From positions 99,452-163,451 of the forward strand of contig QCCZ01000001.1 of assembly GCA_003281085.1 (NCBI GenBank): a stretch of DNA of 64,000 bases, given 5' to 3'. This document shows, piece by piece, positions 50,478-58,099 of this stretch. The DNA comes from OCS155 cluster bacterium AG-349-E07 (GTDB lineage Bacteria > Actinomycetota > Acidimicrobiia > Actinomarinales > Actinomarinaceae). The notes under the pieces are model-generated. The model saw only the letters and a list, made by a program, of their open reading frames with translations. It did no database searches and was not told the origin of the DNA. Made by a program: the position numbers and the translations under genes. The stretch's first letter is position 1. Every line of letters starts with the position of its first letter.

Positions 50478-50506
50478 GATATTTACTAATCTATTTTTCG
50501 CGAGGT

Positions 50507-50734
50507 TCATTCCTCTTCTAGAGTGTTATCAGGTCTAAAGGCTTCTTTCACAGAAACAATAATTTGAGAAAGTCCAAGAAAAAGAAGTAGATAATACAAA
50601 TACTCTTCTCTAGTGTTTGTACCAAACTCTTTTAGATCAAAGTAGGTTTTGAGAAATTCTCTAAACGGACCATCAAGAATATTATCTAAGGCTAGATAGA
50701 TTAATGTCACTCCAAAAAGAAAAGGTCTTATCAA
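50507..50734 (-). CDS. Small hypothetical 2-TM protein
   Basis: Two hydrophobic segments, TTG start. Confidence 0.6.
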   Translation of the reverse strand: MIRPFLFGVTLIYLALDNILDGPFREFLKTYFDLKEFGTNTREEYLYYLLLFLGLSQIIVSVKEAFRPDNTLEEE

Positions 50735-50800
50735 TTTTTTCTCTCTTTATATTTTTTATCTTTAGGTATCAGAATAACCTAATTTAGCTATTGTTTTGGT

Positions 50801-51496
50801 ATGGAAATTGTACTTATACGCCATGGACAGCCTGCATGGATGCTAAACGATGAATATACAAGAAATCCTGGCCTCACTGAACTTGGAGTTATTCAGGCTA
50901 AAAAATCTGCTGACCAGTTTCCAGAGAATAGCATCGATCAGCTCTGGGTTTCACCTTTAAACAGAACCGCACAAACACTTGTACCCTTTGAAGAAAATGA
51001 AGTTGCTAAAGAGATAAAGACTTTCGAGTGGCTGAAAGAAATGGAAGATAAAGACGAGGTTGCATTGTATGGAAAAAGCACCGATGAGATAATGAGTTTT
51101 TTTGAAAAAAGGAATAGTCAAACGTTTGAAGAGTGGTCTGCTAGTAACCATGGAGTATATATGCAGGATTTTGCTAAGAACATAATCACCAATCTTGAAA
51201 AGGAATTAAAAAGCCTAGGGATTGTATGCACAGATGATACCTTTGATAAGAAATTTGAAATAAAAAATGATTCTATAAAAAATTTAATGATAATTTCGCA
51301 TGCAGGAACAATGTCTGTTTTGCTTTCATATTTTTTAAATATGCCACTTTATGCATGGACATGGAAAAAATTCCTACCAAGACACACCGGTCATACAAGG
51401 TTGAAATCTACCGCAATATCAGACGGTCACTTTTTTAGGCTTAAAGAGTTTAATAATGTGTCTTTTATAGAAAATCCAGAGGAGCAAACCTACTAA
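50801..51496 (+). CDS. Histidine phosphatase family protein
   Basis: LIRHGQ, SP..R, ISHAG. Confidence 0.9.
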   Translation: MEIVLIRHGQPAWMLNDEYTRNPGLTELGVIQAKKSADQFPENSIDQLWVSPLNRTAQTLVPFEENEVAKEIKTFEWLKEMEDKDEVALYGKSTDEIMSFFEKRNSQTFEEWSASNHGVYMQDFAKNIITNLEKELKSLGIVCTDDTFDKKFEIKNDSIKNLMIISHAGTMSVLLSYFLNMPLYAWTWKKFLPRHTGHTRLKSTAISDGHFFRLKEFNNVSFIENPEEQTY

Positions 51497-51515
51497 AATA
51501 TTAACTTAGAGGAAA

Positions 51516-52184
51516 ATGACATATACTAAAATTCTTCCAGATATAACTGTTAGCTCTCTTACCCCTCGAAAAAAAAGATTTTTCTTGAAATATCTTGCTA
51601 GATTTCTCCTACTCTTTGAAAATATACGACCTGTTGGTAGTTTTTTAGACAATAAAAGAGTTGTTCTTGTCGCAGCACCCCATCAATCAGGTAAAGATGA
51701 GTACTTAATGATTTTAATAATTCTCGCCTTAGATGTTGATGTTTGTTATCTGTCTGCCAAATGGACTATGAGAAGAATACCTAATCCATTTGAGAAATCG
51801 AAAGATATTGATAATCAAGGGATTAGATGGCCACTTGGATGGCTACAGGAAATAATCTTTAGAAAGTTTGGAGCAATTCCAGTTGATAGAAAAGGAAATA
51901 GTGGACAGTACAATTCTGTAATTGAGGAATTGAAAAAGAGAGATTCTTTTTTACTAATCGTTACACCAGAAGGAAGATTTGACGCGACAAGATTTAGAAC
52001 AAGCTTTTTATTTATCGCAAAACAACTCAATGCAGAAGTAATGCCAGTCCAGATAGATTATGAGAATGAAATATTTAATATCTTAGAATCTTTCAATATT
52101 GAAGGAGATACAGAAAGTGTTGTTAAAAATCTAAGACTTAAATTTGATGGAGTTAAAGGAAAGAAAAGTAGATTTAAAGCGTAA
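51516..52184 (+). CDS. PlsC-family acyltransferase (paralog of 38806..39471)
   Basis: APHQSGKD, GAIPVDR, TPEG. Confidence 0.85.
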   Translation: MTYTKILPDITVSSLTPRKKRFFLKYLARFLLLFENIRPVGSFLDNKRVVLVAAPHQSGKDEYLMILIILALDVDVCYLSAKWTMRRIPNPFEKSKDIDNQGIRWPLGWLQEIIFRKFGAIPVDRKGNSGQYNSVIEELKKRDSFLLIVTPEGRFDATRFRTSFLFIAKQLNAEVMPVQIDYENEIFNILESFNIEGDTESVVKNLRLKFDGVKGKKSRFKA

Positions 52185-53044
52185 TGGAAGAAAAGATTAA
52201 TCATCTTATCAAAGAGCGAGCTCCTTGGTTGGCTAAGAAAAATTTTATATCTTTATTGATTCTTAACTTCCTTAAAAAACTTTTGAGGTTTGATGAAACA
52301 ATTTACGCAGGAGATTATATACAAGACTTATCTGGTGCTGAAGCATTTAATTGGTTAGGAGATCAATACACTAATAACTGCTCTGTTGAGGGTTTGGAAA
52401 ATATACCTAGTGATGGAAGTTGTCTTCTGGTGGCTAACCATCCTATGGGTGCGGCAGACGCAATAGCTTTATATAGGCAGCTATATAAAGTGAGGAAAGA
52501 TGCATTTTTCTTTGCAAATGAACTCTTTGTTTACTTGCTTGGTTCATTCCATAACGTAATGGCACCAGTTGTGTGGAATAAAGAAAAAGAGACACACTCT
52601 GCAACCAAGGTTACTCTCGAAAGACTTCATACTTTTTTTAATGATAAGAGACCTGGAATAATTTTCCCTTCTGGAAGACTCTCTAAACTTACATTATTTG
52701 GATTATGGGATAGAGAATGGGAGAAAACTCCAATACTGCTTGCTAAAAAGAATAATTTTCCACTAATTCCTGTACATGTAGAAGGTAAAAATTCCTGGTT
52801 CTTTTATTTTGCTTCTTATACAAACAAACAATTAAGAGATGTTTCACAACTCAATGAATTATTTAATAAGAGAGACAAACACATCTCAATCAAAATAGGA
52901 AAGCCAGTAAAAGTTTCTGAGCTTAGTAGTAATAATGATATTGCTATTCAACAGTTGAGATATAAGGTTGAGAGCTTAGGAAAAAAAGGCTTGTTTAAAA
53001 TAAATAGGTTTATTCATTTAAGAAAGTTTAAAAAAATTACCTAA
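52184..53044 (+). CDS. Lysophospholipid acyltransferase family protein
   Basis: GLENIP, ANHPMG..D, IFPSG. Confidence 0.85.
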   Translation: MEEKINHLIKERAPWLAKKNFISLLILNFLKKLLRFDETIYAGDYIQDLSGAEAFNWLGDQYTNNCSVEGLENIPSDGSCLLVANHPMGAADAIALYRQLYKVRKDAFFFANELFVYLLGSFHNVMAPVVWNKEKETHSATKVTLERLHTFFNDKRPGIIFPSGRLSKLTLFGLWDREWEKTPILLAKKNNFPLIPVHVEGKNSWFFYFASYTNKQLRDVSQLNELFNKRDKHISIKIGKPVKVSELSSNNDIAIQQLRYKVESLGKKGLFKINRFIHLRKFKKIT

Positions 53045-54014
53045 CTACTTCACCAGACGTAGGGCTCACACCTAAGTTTCCTAACATGTACCCAAATAGA
53101 AGTGGTGTTGTAACCAGGCCGCCAAGGCCATAAAAACGCCATGAGAGATCGACTCCATTAAGTACAGAAAAAGCCAATAAATGTATAACAAATATTAGAC
53201 CGTAAGAGCCAGCAACTAAGGCCGTACTTATTTGAATTTTTCTATCATGATTTGTTGTTTGATACCATTTAGTGATTTGATATATAAGTGCAGACATTAA
53301 TAAACCAGAGACACAAATTAGAATTGTTCGATTAAATTCACCAAGGCTTGGATTTATTGAGATATACAAAAAAGAAATTAAATAAACAAGTGACATCTGT
53401 TTTGGTGAAACTTTAAAACGCACTACATAAACAAATATAAAACTGGCAAGCATTGCCTGCAGTATTACACCGCCAGCAGCAAGTTCATCTTCTCTTTCGA
53501 CAAAAGACCAAATATTTAAAAATGGATTTATAAATAGTGTTATAAACATAACTAACCCATAACTTGTCGCTGCAGAAAATATTGATGCATTATCCAAACT
53601 CTCTTTTGATGGCCTTGTAGTAAAAACATAATCTAACATGAGAAATGAACCAAGAAATAACATGAGATGAGATGGAGTAATAAGAGGCTCTACTCCAGTT
53701 TCTATTCCAAGTAGTGTGTGCCATATAGCATCTGATGCTCCACCTATTCCAAAAATAACTGCTCCTAAAACACCTATATCAAATTTATAATCCTTCATTT
53801 TATTTTTTATATACATAACTACCAAAACTGAAAAAGCATACCCTGAATAAAGTACACCATGCCAAGGTGTAAAGAATGTCTCAATATCATCTATGAGATA
53901 GGTATGTGCGCTTGAATCAATCCATGCTCCTGAAAAGAACCAGATCATAGAAAATATTAATAGTCTCCTATGTGTTTGATTTGTAATAGATGTTGGTGAC
54001 AATTTATTAAACAT
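53037..54014 (-). CDS. Hypothetical multi-pass membrane protein with conserved His/Asp motifs
   Basis: D..AH, ETFFTPWH, D.IWH..LGIE, TPSH. Confidence 0.75.
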   Translation of the reverse strand: MFNKLSPTSITNQTHRRLLIFSMIWFFSGAWIDSSAHTYLIDDIETFFTPWHGVLYSGYAFSVLVVMYIKNKMKDYKFDIGVLGAVIFGIGGASDAIWHTLLGIETGVEPLITPSHLMLFLGSFLMLDYVFTTRPSKESLDNASIFSAATSYGLVMFITLFINPFLNIWSFVEREDELAAGGVILQAMLASFIFVYVVRFKVSPKQMSLVYLISFLYISINPSLGEFNRTILICVSGLLMSALIYQITKWYQTTNHDRKIQISTALVAGSYGLIFVIHLLAFSVLNGVDLSWRFYGLGGLVTTPLLFGYMLGNLGVSPTSGEVVR

Positions 54015-54092
54015 TTTTTATCTATAACTTATTTTAAACAATTGTTTTATTTCTTATTCTTGAAATTACTAAAACTAAATTAAAATTCACCC

Positions 54093-55259
54093 ATGAAAGA
54101 AAATAATTTTTCAAGAACATTAACTAAGAGAAATTCTTTATATCTAGGTTTGAGTTCAATGATTGGTGCGGGATTATTTTATAATTTAGCTCCTACTTCA
54201 AAAATTAGTTCTTACTCATCCATTTTAGGATTATTGCTTGCAAGCACTCTTGCATTTGCAAATGCCTCATCATCTGCTCAGCTCGCATCGTTATATCCAC
54301 AAACTGGTGGAACCTACTTATATGCAAACAAAGTGTTGGGGAAGCTGCCTGGAAATATTGCTGGAATTGTATTTATATTAGGAAAGACAGTTAGTTGTGT
54401 TGCTATTGCTATAACTCTTGGAAATTACATATCTCCAATTTATGGCAAAGAACTTGGTGTGGGTTTATCTTTAGTTGTCTTTTTAGTTGGATACAAAGGA
54501 ATTACAAAAACTGCAGCTTTAGCAAGGTGGTTTGTTCTTATAGTGATATCAATTTTAGCTTTTTTCTGTATTGCAATACTTATGACACCTTCAACAAATA
54601 CTGCTATTCCTTTGCTTGAAGGATTTAGTACTAGTAATTTGTTTTTATCAGCAGCTTTATGGTTTTTTGCTTTTACAGGTTATTCAAGACTTGCAACATA
54701 CGGAGAAGAAGTAAAAAATCCTGAAAAAATAATCCCTAGTTCAATACTTACTGGCTTGGGTGTTACGGTTATAATTTATCTTTTGGTAAATTGGCTAGCG
54801 CTATCAATCATAGGGCCCGAAGTTGTTGCAAACTCATACACTCCCTTGCTTATTGCAATGGATGTATCAGTAATGTCTGATTTTTCATTTCTAATAGTTT
54901 TTGCATCTACAATTGCTACTGCTTCGGTGTTTCTTGCTTTACTTCCAGCGATAAGCAGAATATATGTTGCAATGTCAAGAGATGGTATTCTTCCAAATGT
55001 GTTTTCAAAAATACATAATAAAAATAACTCGGCATATGTTTCAGAATTGTTTGTTTTACTAACAGTGGTTGTAGGAATTTATACCATAAATATTACAAAC
55101 GCAATAAAGCTCAGTGCATTCTTTATTCTCATTTATTATTCACTCACTAATTTAAGTGTGATCAACTTACACAAAAACCAAAGACTCTACTCAGTCTCCA
55201 TAGCGTATTACGGTCTTTTGATGTGCATGGTTCTCGGGTTTTCCCTAGTTCTCATATAA
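54093..55259 (+). CDS. APC-family amino acid permease
   Basis: SMIGAGLF, GGTYLY, FFAFTGY....GEEVKNP, AMSRDG. Confidence 0.92.
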   Translation: MKENNFSRTLTKRNSLYLGLSSMIGAGLFYNLAPTSKISSYSSILGLLLASTLAFANASSSAQLASLYPQTGGTYLYANKVLGKLPGNIAGIVFILGKTVSCVAIAITLGNYISPIYGKELGVGLSLVVFLVGYKGITKTAALARWFVLIVISILAFFCIAILMTPSTNTAIPLLEGFSTSNLFLSAALWFFAFTGYSRLATYGEEVKNPEKIIPSSILTGLGVTVIIYLLVNWLALSIIGPEVVANSYTPLLIAMDVSVMSDFSFLIVFASTIATASVFLALLPAISRIYVAMSRDGILPNVFSKIHNKNNSAYVSELFVLLTVVVGIYTINITNAIKLSAFFILIYYSLTNLSVINLHKNQRLYSVSIAYYGLLMCMVLGFSLVLI

Positions 55260-55288
55260 AAAACAAACCGGATTTAAATCCGGTTTGT
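55257..55288 (-). terminator. Intrinsic terminator (26-bp perfect palindrome), U-tract on the minus strand
   Basis: ACAAACCGGATTTAAATCCGGTTTGT (55263-55288) then TTTTT on minus. Confidence 0.8.
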
Positions 55289-55362
55289 CAAAATAACCTG
55301 TGAAGTCTTCCCCCAAAGTTCTCACTAATTATTTGAAGATATGATCTCCCCGTAATCATTGT
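55257..55362 (-). ncRNA. Putative sRNA with two G-rich-loop hairpins (C-rich loops if on the plus strand, 6C-like)
   Basis: Hairpins at 55341-55359 and 55291-55334 followed by the terminator; G-U pairs favour the minus strand. Confidence 0.45.
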
Positions 55363-55397
55363 ACAAATCAGTATTTTGGAATGCATTAAAAAAACTA

Positions 55398-55455
55398 TAT
55401 TTTCACAAACTGAGATCTTTTGTGAAAATAAAATCACAATCTTGCAAGGTTGTGA
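55398..55455. promoter_or_regulatory. Operator array of TCACAA/TTGTGA inverted repeats
   Basis: TATTTTCACAAA-9-TTTGTGAAAATA and TCACAATCTTG/CAAGGTTGTGA. Confidence 0.65.
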
Positions 55456-55470
55456 AGAAGAAATTATAAT
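55442..55470 (+). promoter_or_regulatory. Near-consensus sigma70 promoter
   Basis: TTGCAA-17nt-TATAAT. Confidence 0.75.
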
Positions 55471-55476
55471 GTATTA

Positions 55477-55541
55477 AAGGGTCAATCACGTGTATGCGTT
55501 GAAAATCACTCAAACACACTTCCATAGGTGGTTGACCTATG
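55477..55541 (+). ncRNA. Structured leader or sRNA downstream of the strong promoter
   Basis: GGTCAATCAC/GTGGTTGACC 10-bp stem, inner GTGT/ACAC and TTGA/TCAA stems. Confidence 0.5.
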
Positions 55542-55615
55542 CCCAAAGTAGTAGCTTCTAAATTTTATTTGTGACATATTTTTTTATTTTTATAAAGATG
55601 ATTTATATTTATAAA

Positions 55616-56107
55616 ATGAAAGGTTTTAACTCATCTAGTAGTCAGGTATTTTCTCAAAAACCTGACGAGTTATGGAATGCTATTTCAAAAGAAAATAATC
55701 TAAACGATACACATCCATTTTGTAAAGAAAATGAAATATTAGTTTGGAACGAAGAAAACCATATAGATAAACTCGTATACTTAAATGGCCTCACATTTAT
55801 CAGAGAGTTTTCAGAATGGTTTGAGGGTATTGGTTATAATTTGTGGATTGGAACAAAACGTGGTCCAAAGTCTTATGTTGAATGGAGAATTGCAGAGCAT
55901 TCTCTAGGATCCGAGTTAAGAATAACTGTATACCCTTTCTTCTTTAGAAAATGGCCTAAGTTTATTGCTTTTTTACCATATTATTTATACATAAACCCTA
56001 AATTAACATCTTATTTAAATTCTGTTGTAGGAGGTTTTAAATGGTACCTAGATGAAGGAACAGCAGTACCTAGAAACCATTTTGGAAAACATCGCTGGTT
56101 TTCATAA
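55616..56107 (+). CDS. SRPBCC/START-like protein
   Basis: ELWNAIS....L...HPFC, beta-rich body, C-terminal helix; TATATT-6nt-ATG. Confidence 0.6.
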   Translation: MKGFNSSSSQVFSQKPDELWNAISKENNLNDTHPFCKENEILVWNEENHIDKLVYLNGLTFIREFSEWFEGIGYNLWIGTKRGPKSYVEWRIAEHSLGSELRITVYPFFFRKWPKFIAFLPYYLYINPKLTSYLNSVVGGFKWYLDEGTAVPRNHFGKHRWFS

Positions 56108-56146
56108 ATTAATTTTCATCTTCACATCCGCATTCTGGACAAAACA

Positions 56147-56518
56147 TTACCCTCTCCTTTCTTCTAGTTTTATAATCGCCCGATTCTTATCAGGTCCTTT
56201 CATAATCATTTTTGCCATCATGCCATATTTTTTCCTGATTATATCTGCAGCATGCTTTTTCATATCCGCATCCTCTATAAGAGATGCTTTTAGATCGAGG
56301 CTTTCTGATAACTTTTTTGAGCCGTTTTGGTTAGTAATATAAATTGTTGCTTTACCGTTGTTTCTAACCCTCTTTACTTTTCCAGCGTTAAGGCTTGTTG
56401 TTACAACTAATGAGTTTGAAAAATCTGCAACCCATACCGGTGTTGTGATAGGCGTTTTGTCTTTTTTGTATGTGATTAGATTTATGTATTCGACATCTGA
56501 AAAATCTTTTAAATTCAT
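56147..56518 (-). CDS. PPOX-class (F420-binding) oxidoreductase, Rv2061-like
   Basis: YINLITYKKD.TPITTPVW, GKVKRVRNN, KKYG. Confidence 0.88.
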   Translation of the reverse strand: MNLKDFSDVEYINLITYKKDKTPITTPVWVADFSNSLVVTTSLNAGKVKRVRNNGKATIYITNQNGSKKLSESLDLKASLIEDADMKKHAADIIRKKYGMMAKMIMKGPDKNRAIIKLEERRG

Positions 56519-56527
56519 AAATTCAGT

Positions 56528-56653
56528 TTAAAGATAGTTTAATAAAAGTTCAGGAAGTTGTTTTAATCTTCTTGCTGTGTCGTCTTCAGAAAAAAGTATA
56601 TAGAGAAGCAACAAAATAAGTATTACTCTTGTAAGTGTTATTTTTCTGAACAT
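56528..56653 (-). CDS. Unannotated 41-aa single-TM protein MFRKITLTRVILILLLLYILFSEDDTARRLKQLPELLLNYL
   Basis: Leaderless signature TAGCAT-6nt-ATG; stops 9 nt before the PPOX gene. Confidence 0.65.
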   Translation of the reverse strand: MFRKITLTRVILILLLLYILFSEDDTARRLKQLPELLLNYL

Positions 56654-56680
56654 AGAAATATGCTAAATATTTTCAATATA

Positions 56681-56714
56681 AAAAAAAGGGATTTTATAAA
56701 AAATCCCTTTTTTT
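56681..56714. terminator. Intrinsic terminator closing the ABM/membrane paralog operon
   Basis: AAAAAAAGGGATTTT-ATAA-AAAATCCCTTTTTTT. Confidence 0.85.
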
Positions 56715-56739
56715 CTATGCGTTATCTGTCCACTTAGAT

Positions 56740-57375
56740 TTATGTTGGAGTATCTCCCTCATTAAAATCAATAAACAACTTACCTGCATACACAGGTCCC
56801 ATATAAGCTACAGTGCTTCCATCAAACATTTCAGACTCTGATTCACTATCTAGTGCTGCCTGTAATTTTTCAACAGCTACATTCATTTCTTCCTCAGAAT
56901 CCCAGAAGTTCCAACTAATAGCGCTACTTCCGTCAAAAACTGCACCTGTTACTTGAAGGCCTTCAGACTCTTCATAAATTGGTTCTACTTTTTCTTTGAG
57001 GAAGCTCAATACTGCGTCTGTGTCTTTTGCAACACCAACAACCAACCTTAAATAGCTTGGTCTTGTACTGTCCTTAGCCATAGTCTTATATACCTTGCCA
57101 TAAACTGCATCTCCTTGATAAATTACAGGAGGTGCCGACATCATTCCAGCTGCTTCTGATAATACGCCTTGTATTTTTTCTTCTACAGCATCTACAGCTT
57201 CCTTACTTTCATAAGCAGCCAAATTAACGCCAGAAGTCTCCCCTGTAATAGCAGCCATCATCGTTAGAAGTCCAGGTGTGCCATCAAACTCTGGCATAAC
57301 TTTTTCTTTAACAAAAGATATGGCTTCGTCTTTTTTTCCATCCTGAAGAGATGGAATCGTTATTCTAAAGTACAT
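56740..57375 (-). CDS. Tandem double ABM-like domain protein (paralog S4)
   Basis: MYFR...GKKDE...P....PGL...YESKEA; second repeat SYLR...EGL...WDSEEE. Confidence 0.75.
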   Translation of the reverse strand: MYFRITIPSLQDGKKDEAISFVKEKVMPEFDGTPGLLTMMAAITGETSGVNLAAYESKEAVDAVEEKIQGVLSEAAGMMSAPPVIYQGDAVYGKVYKTMAKDSTRPSYLRLVVGVAKDTDAVLSFLKEKVEPIYEESEGLQVTGAVFDGSSAISWNFWDSEEEMNVAVEKLQAALDSESESEMFDGSTVAYMGPVYAGKLFIDFNEGDTPT

Positions 57376-57390
57376 AATTTCCTTTCTTTT

Positions 57391-58035
57391 TTAATTAATT
57401 GAGTTCCCTGCTTTAAAGTCGGTAAATTGCCTCATAGCAAACGGTTCACCATAATAATCTGTAAATCCATCCATTAGTGGCATGAATTTTTCGTATACAT
57501 TTTCATCAGCATTAAGTTTTTCATCAAAACTGTGCTTTGCATCATGAGAAGTCCAAAACTCAAACAAAACAAGTGAGTTATCATCGATTTTAATTGATCC
57601 GTAAGAAATAATTCCCTCATCGTTTTCAAGTTTTGGTAGATAAATTTCTTTTTGAAGATTCATATATTCGTCAGCATTTTTTACATCCAACTTTGCGAAT
57701 GCCAAAAAGAAAGAATCTCTTGGTTCTTCAACTAGAGAGTCCTTTAGGGTCTTGCCAGTAAATAGTTCACCTTCATAAACCCTTGGAAAACTAGCAAGCA
57801 GATCTTGAATTTGCATCAAGTTTTCGTTTCTAATTTGTGCAAATTTATCTGCAGTCTCTTTGTCCTTCATGAATGCAATACCTAGGTTTACATTATCTTT
57901 TGGATTAAAAAAGGCTATTGAATACAAGTCTCCTTTAAGGATCTCTAAAGCTGGGAAGCCTGTGTTTTCAAAAAACTCTTTTAGTTCATCAAGCTTCCCA
58001 TCTTGAAATAAAATACTGACTGCTACTGCATACAT
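57391..58035 (-). CDS. Tandem double ABM-like domain protein (paralog S3, divergent)
   Basis: MYA...DGKLDE...P; second repeat P....EGI...EFWTSHDA. Confidence 0.7.
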   Translation of the reverse strand: MYAVAVSILFQDGKLDELKEFFENTGFPALEILKGDLYSIAFFNPKDNVNLGIAFMKDKETADKFAQIRNENLMQIQDLLASFPRVYEGELFTGKTLKDSLVEEPRDSFFLAFAKLDVKNADEYMNLQKEIYLPKLENDEGIISYGSIKIDDNSLVLFEFWTSHDAKHSFDEKLNADENVYEKFMPLMDGFTDYYGEPFAMRQFTDFKAGNSIN

Positions 58036-58099
58036 TTGTTTTATTTTTTACTCTACGGAATAATTTCCTATTTAAATGTTTCCATTACTTACCTCAGAA

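Noticed and set aside
55572..55595. TGA of the 11-codon sORF as Sec
   Set aside because: Followed by unstructured T-rich sequence; no SECIS-like stem or redox motif
58068..58096. GAGGT + mini-ORF METFK* on minus within the paralog operon
   Set aside because: Five codons, out of frame with the next gene; could be chance or a remnant, no supporting evidence
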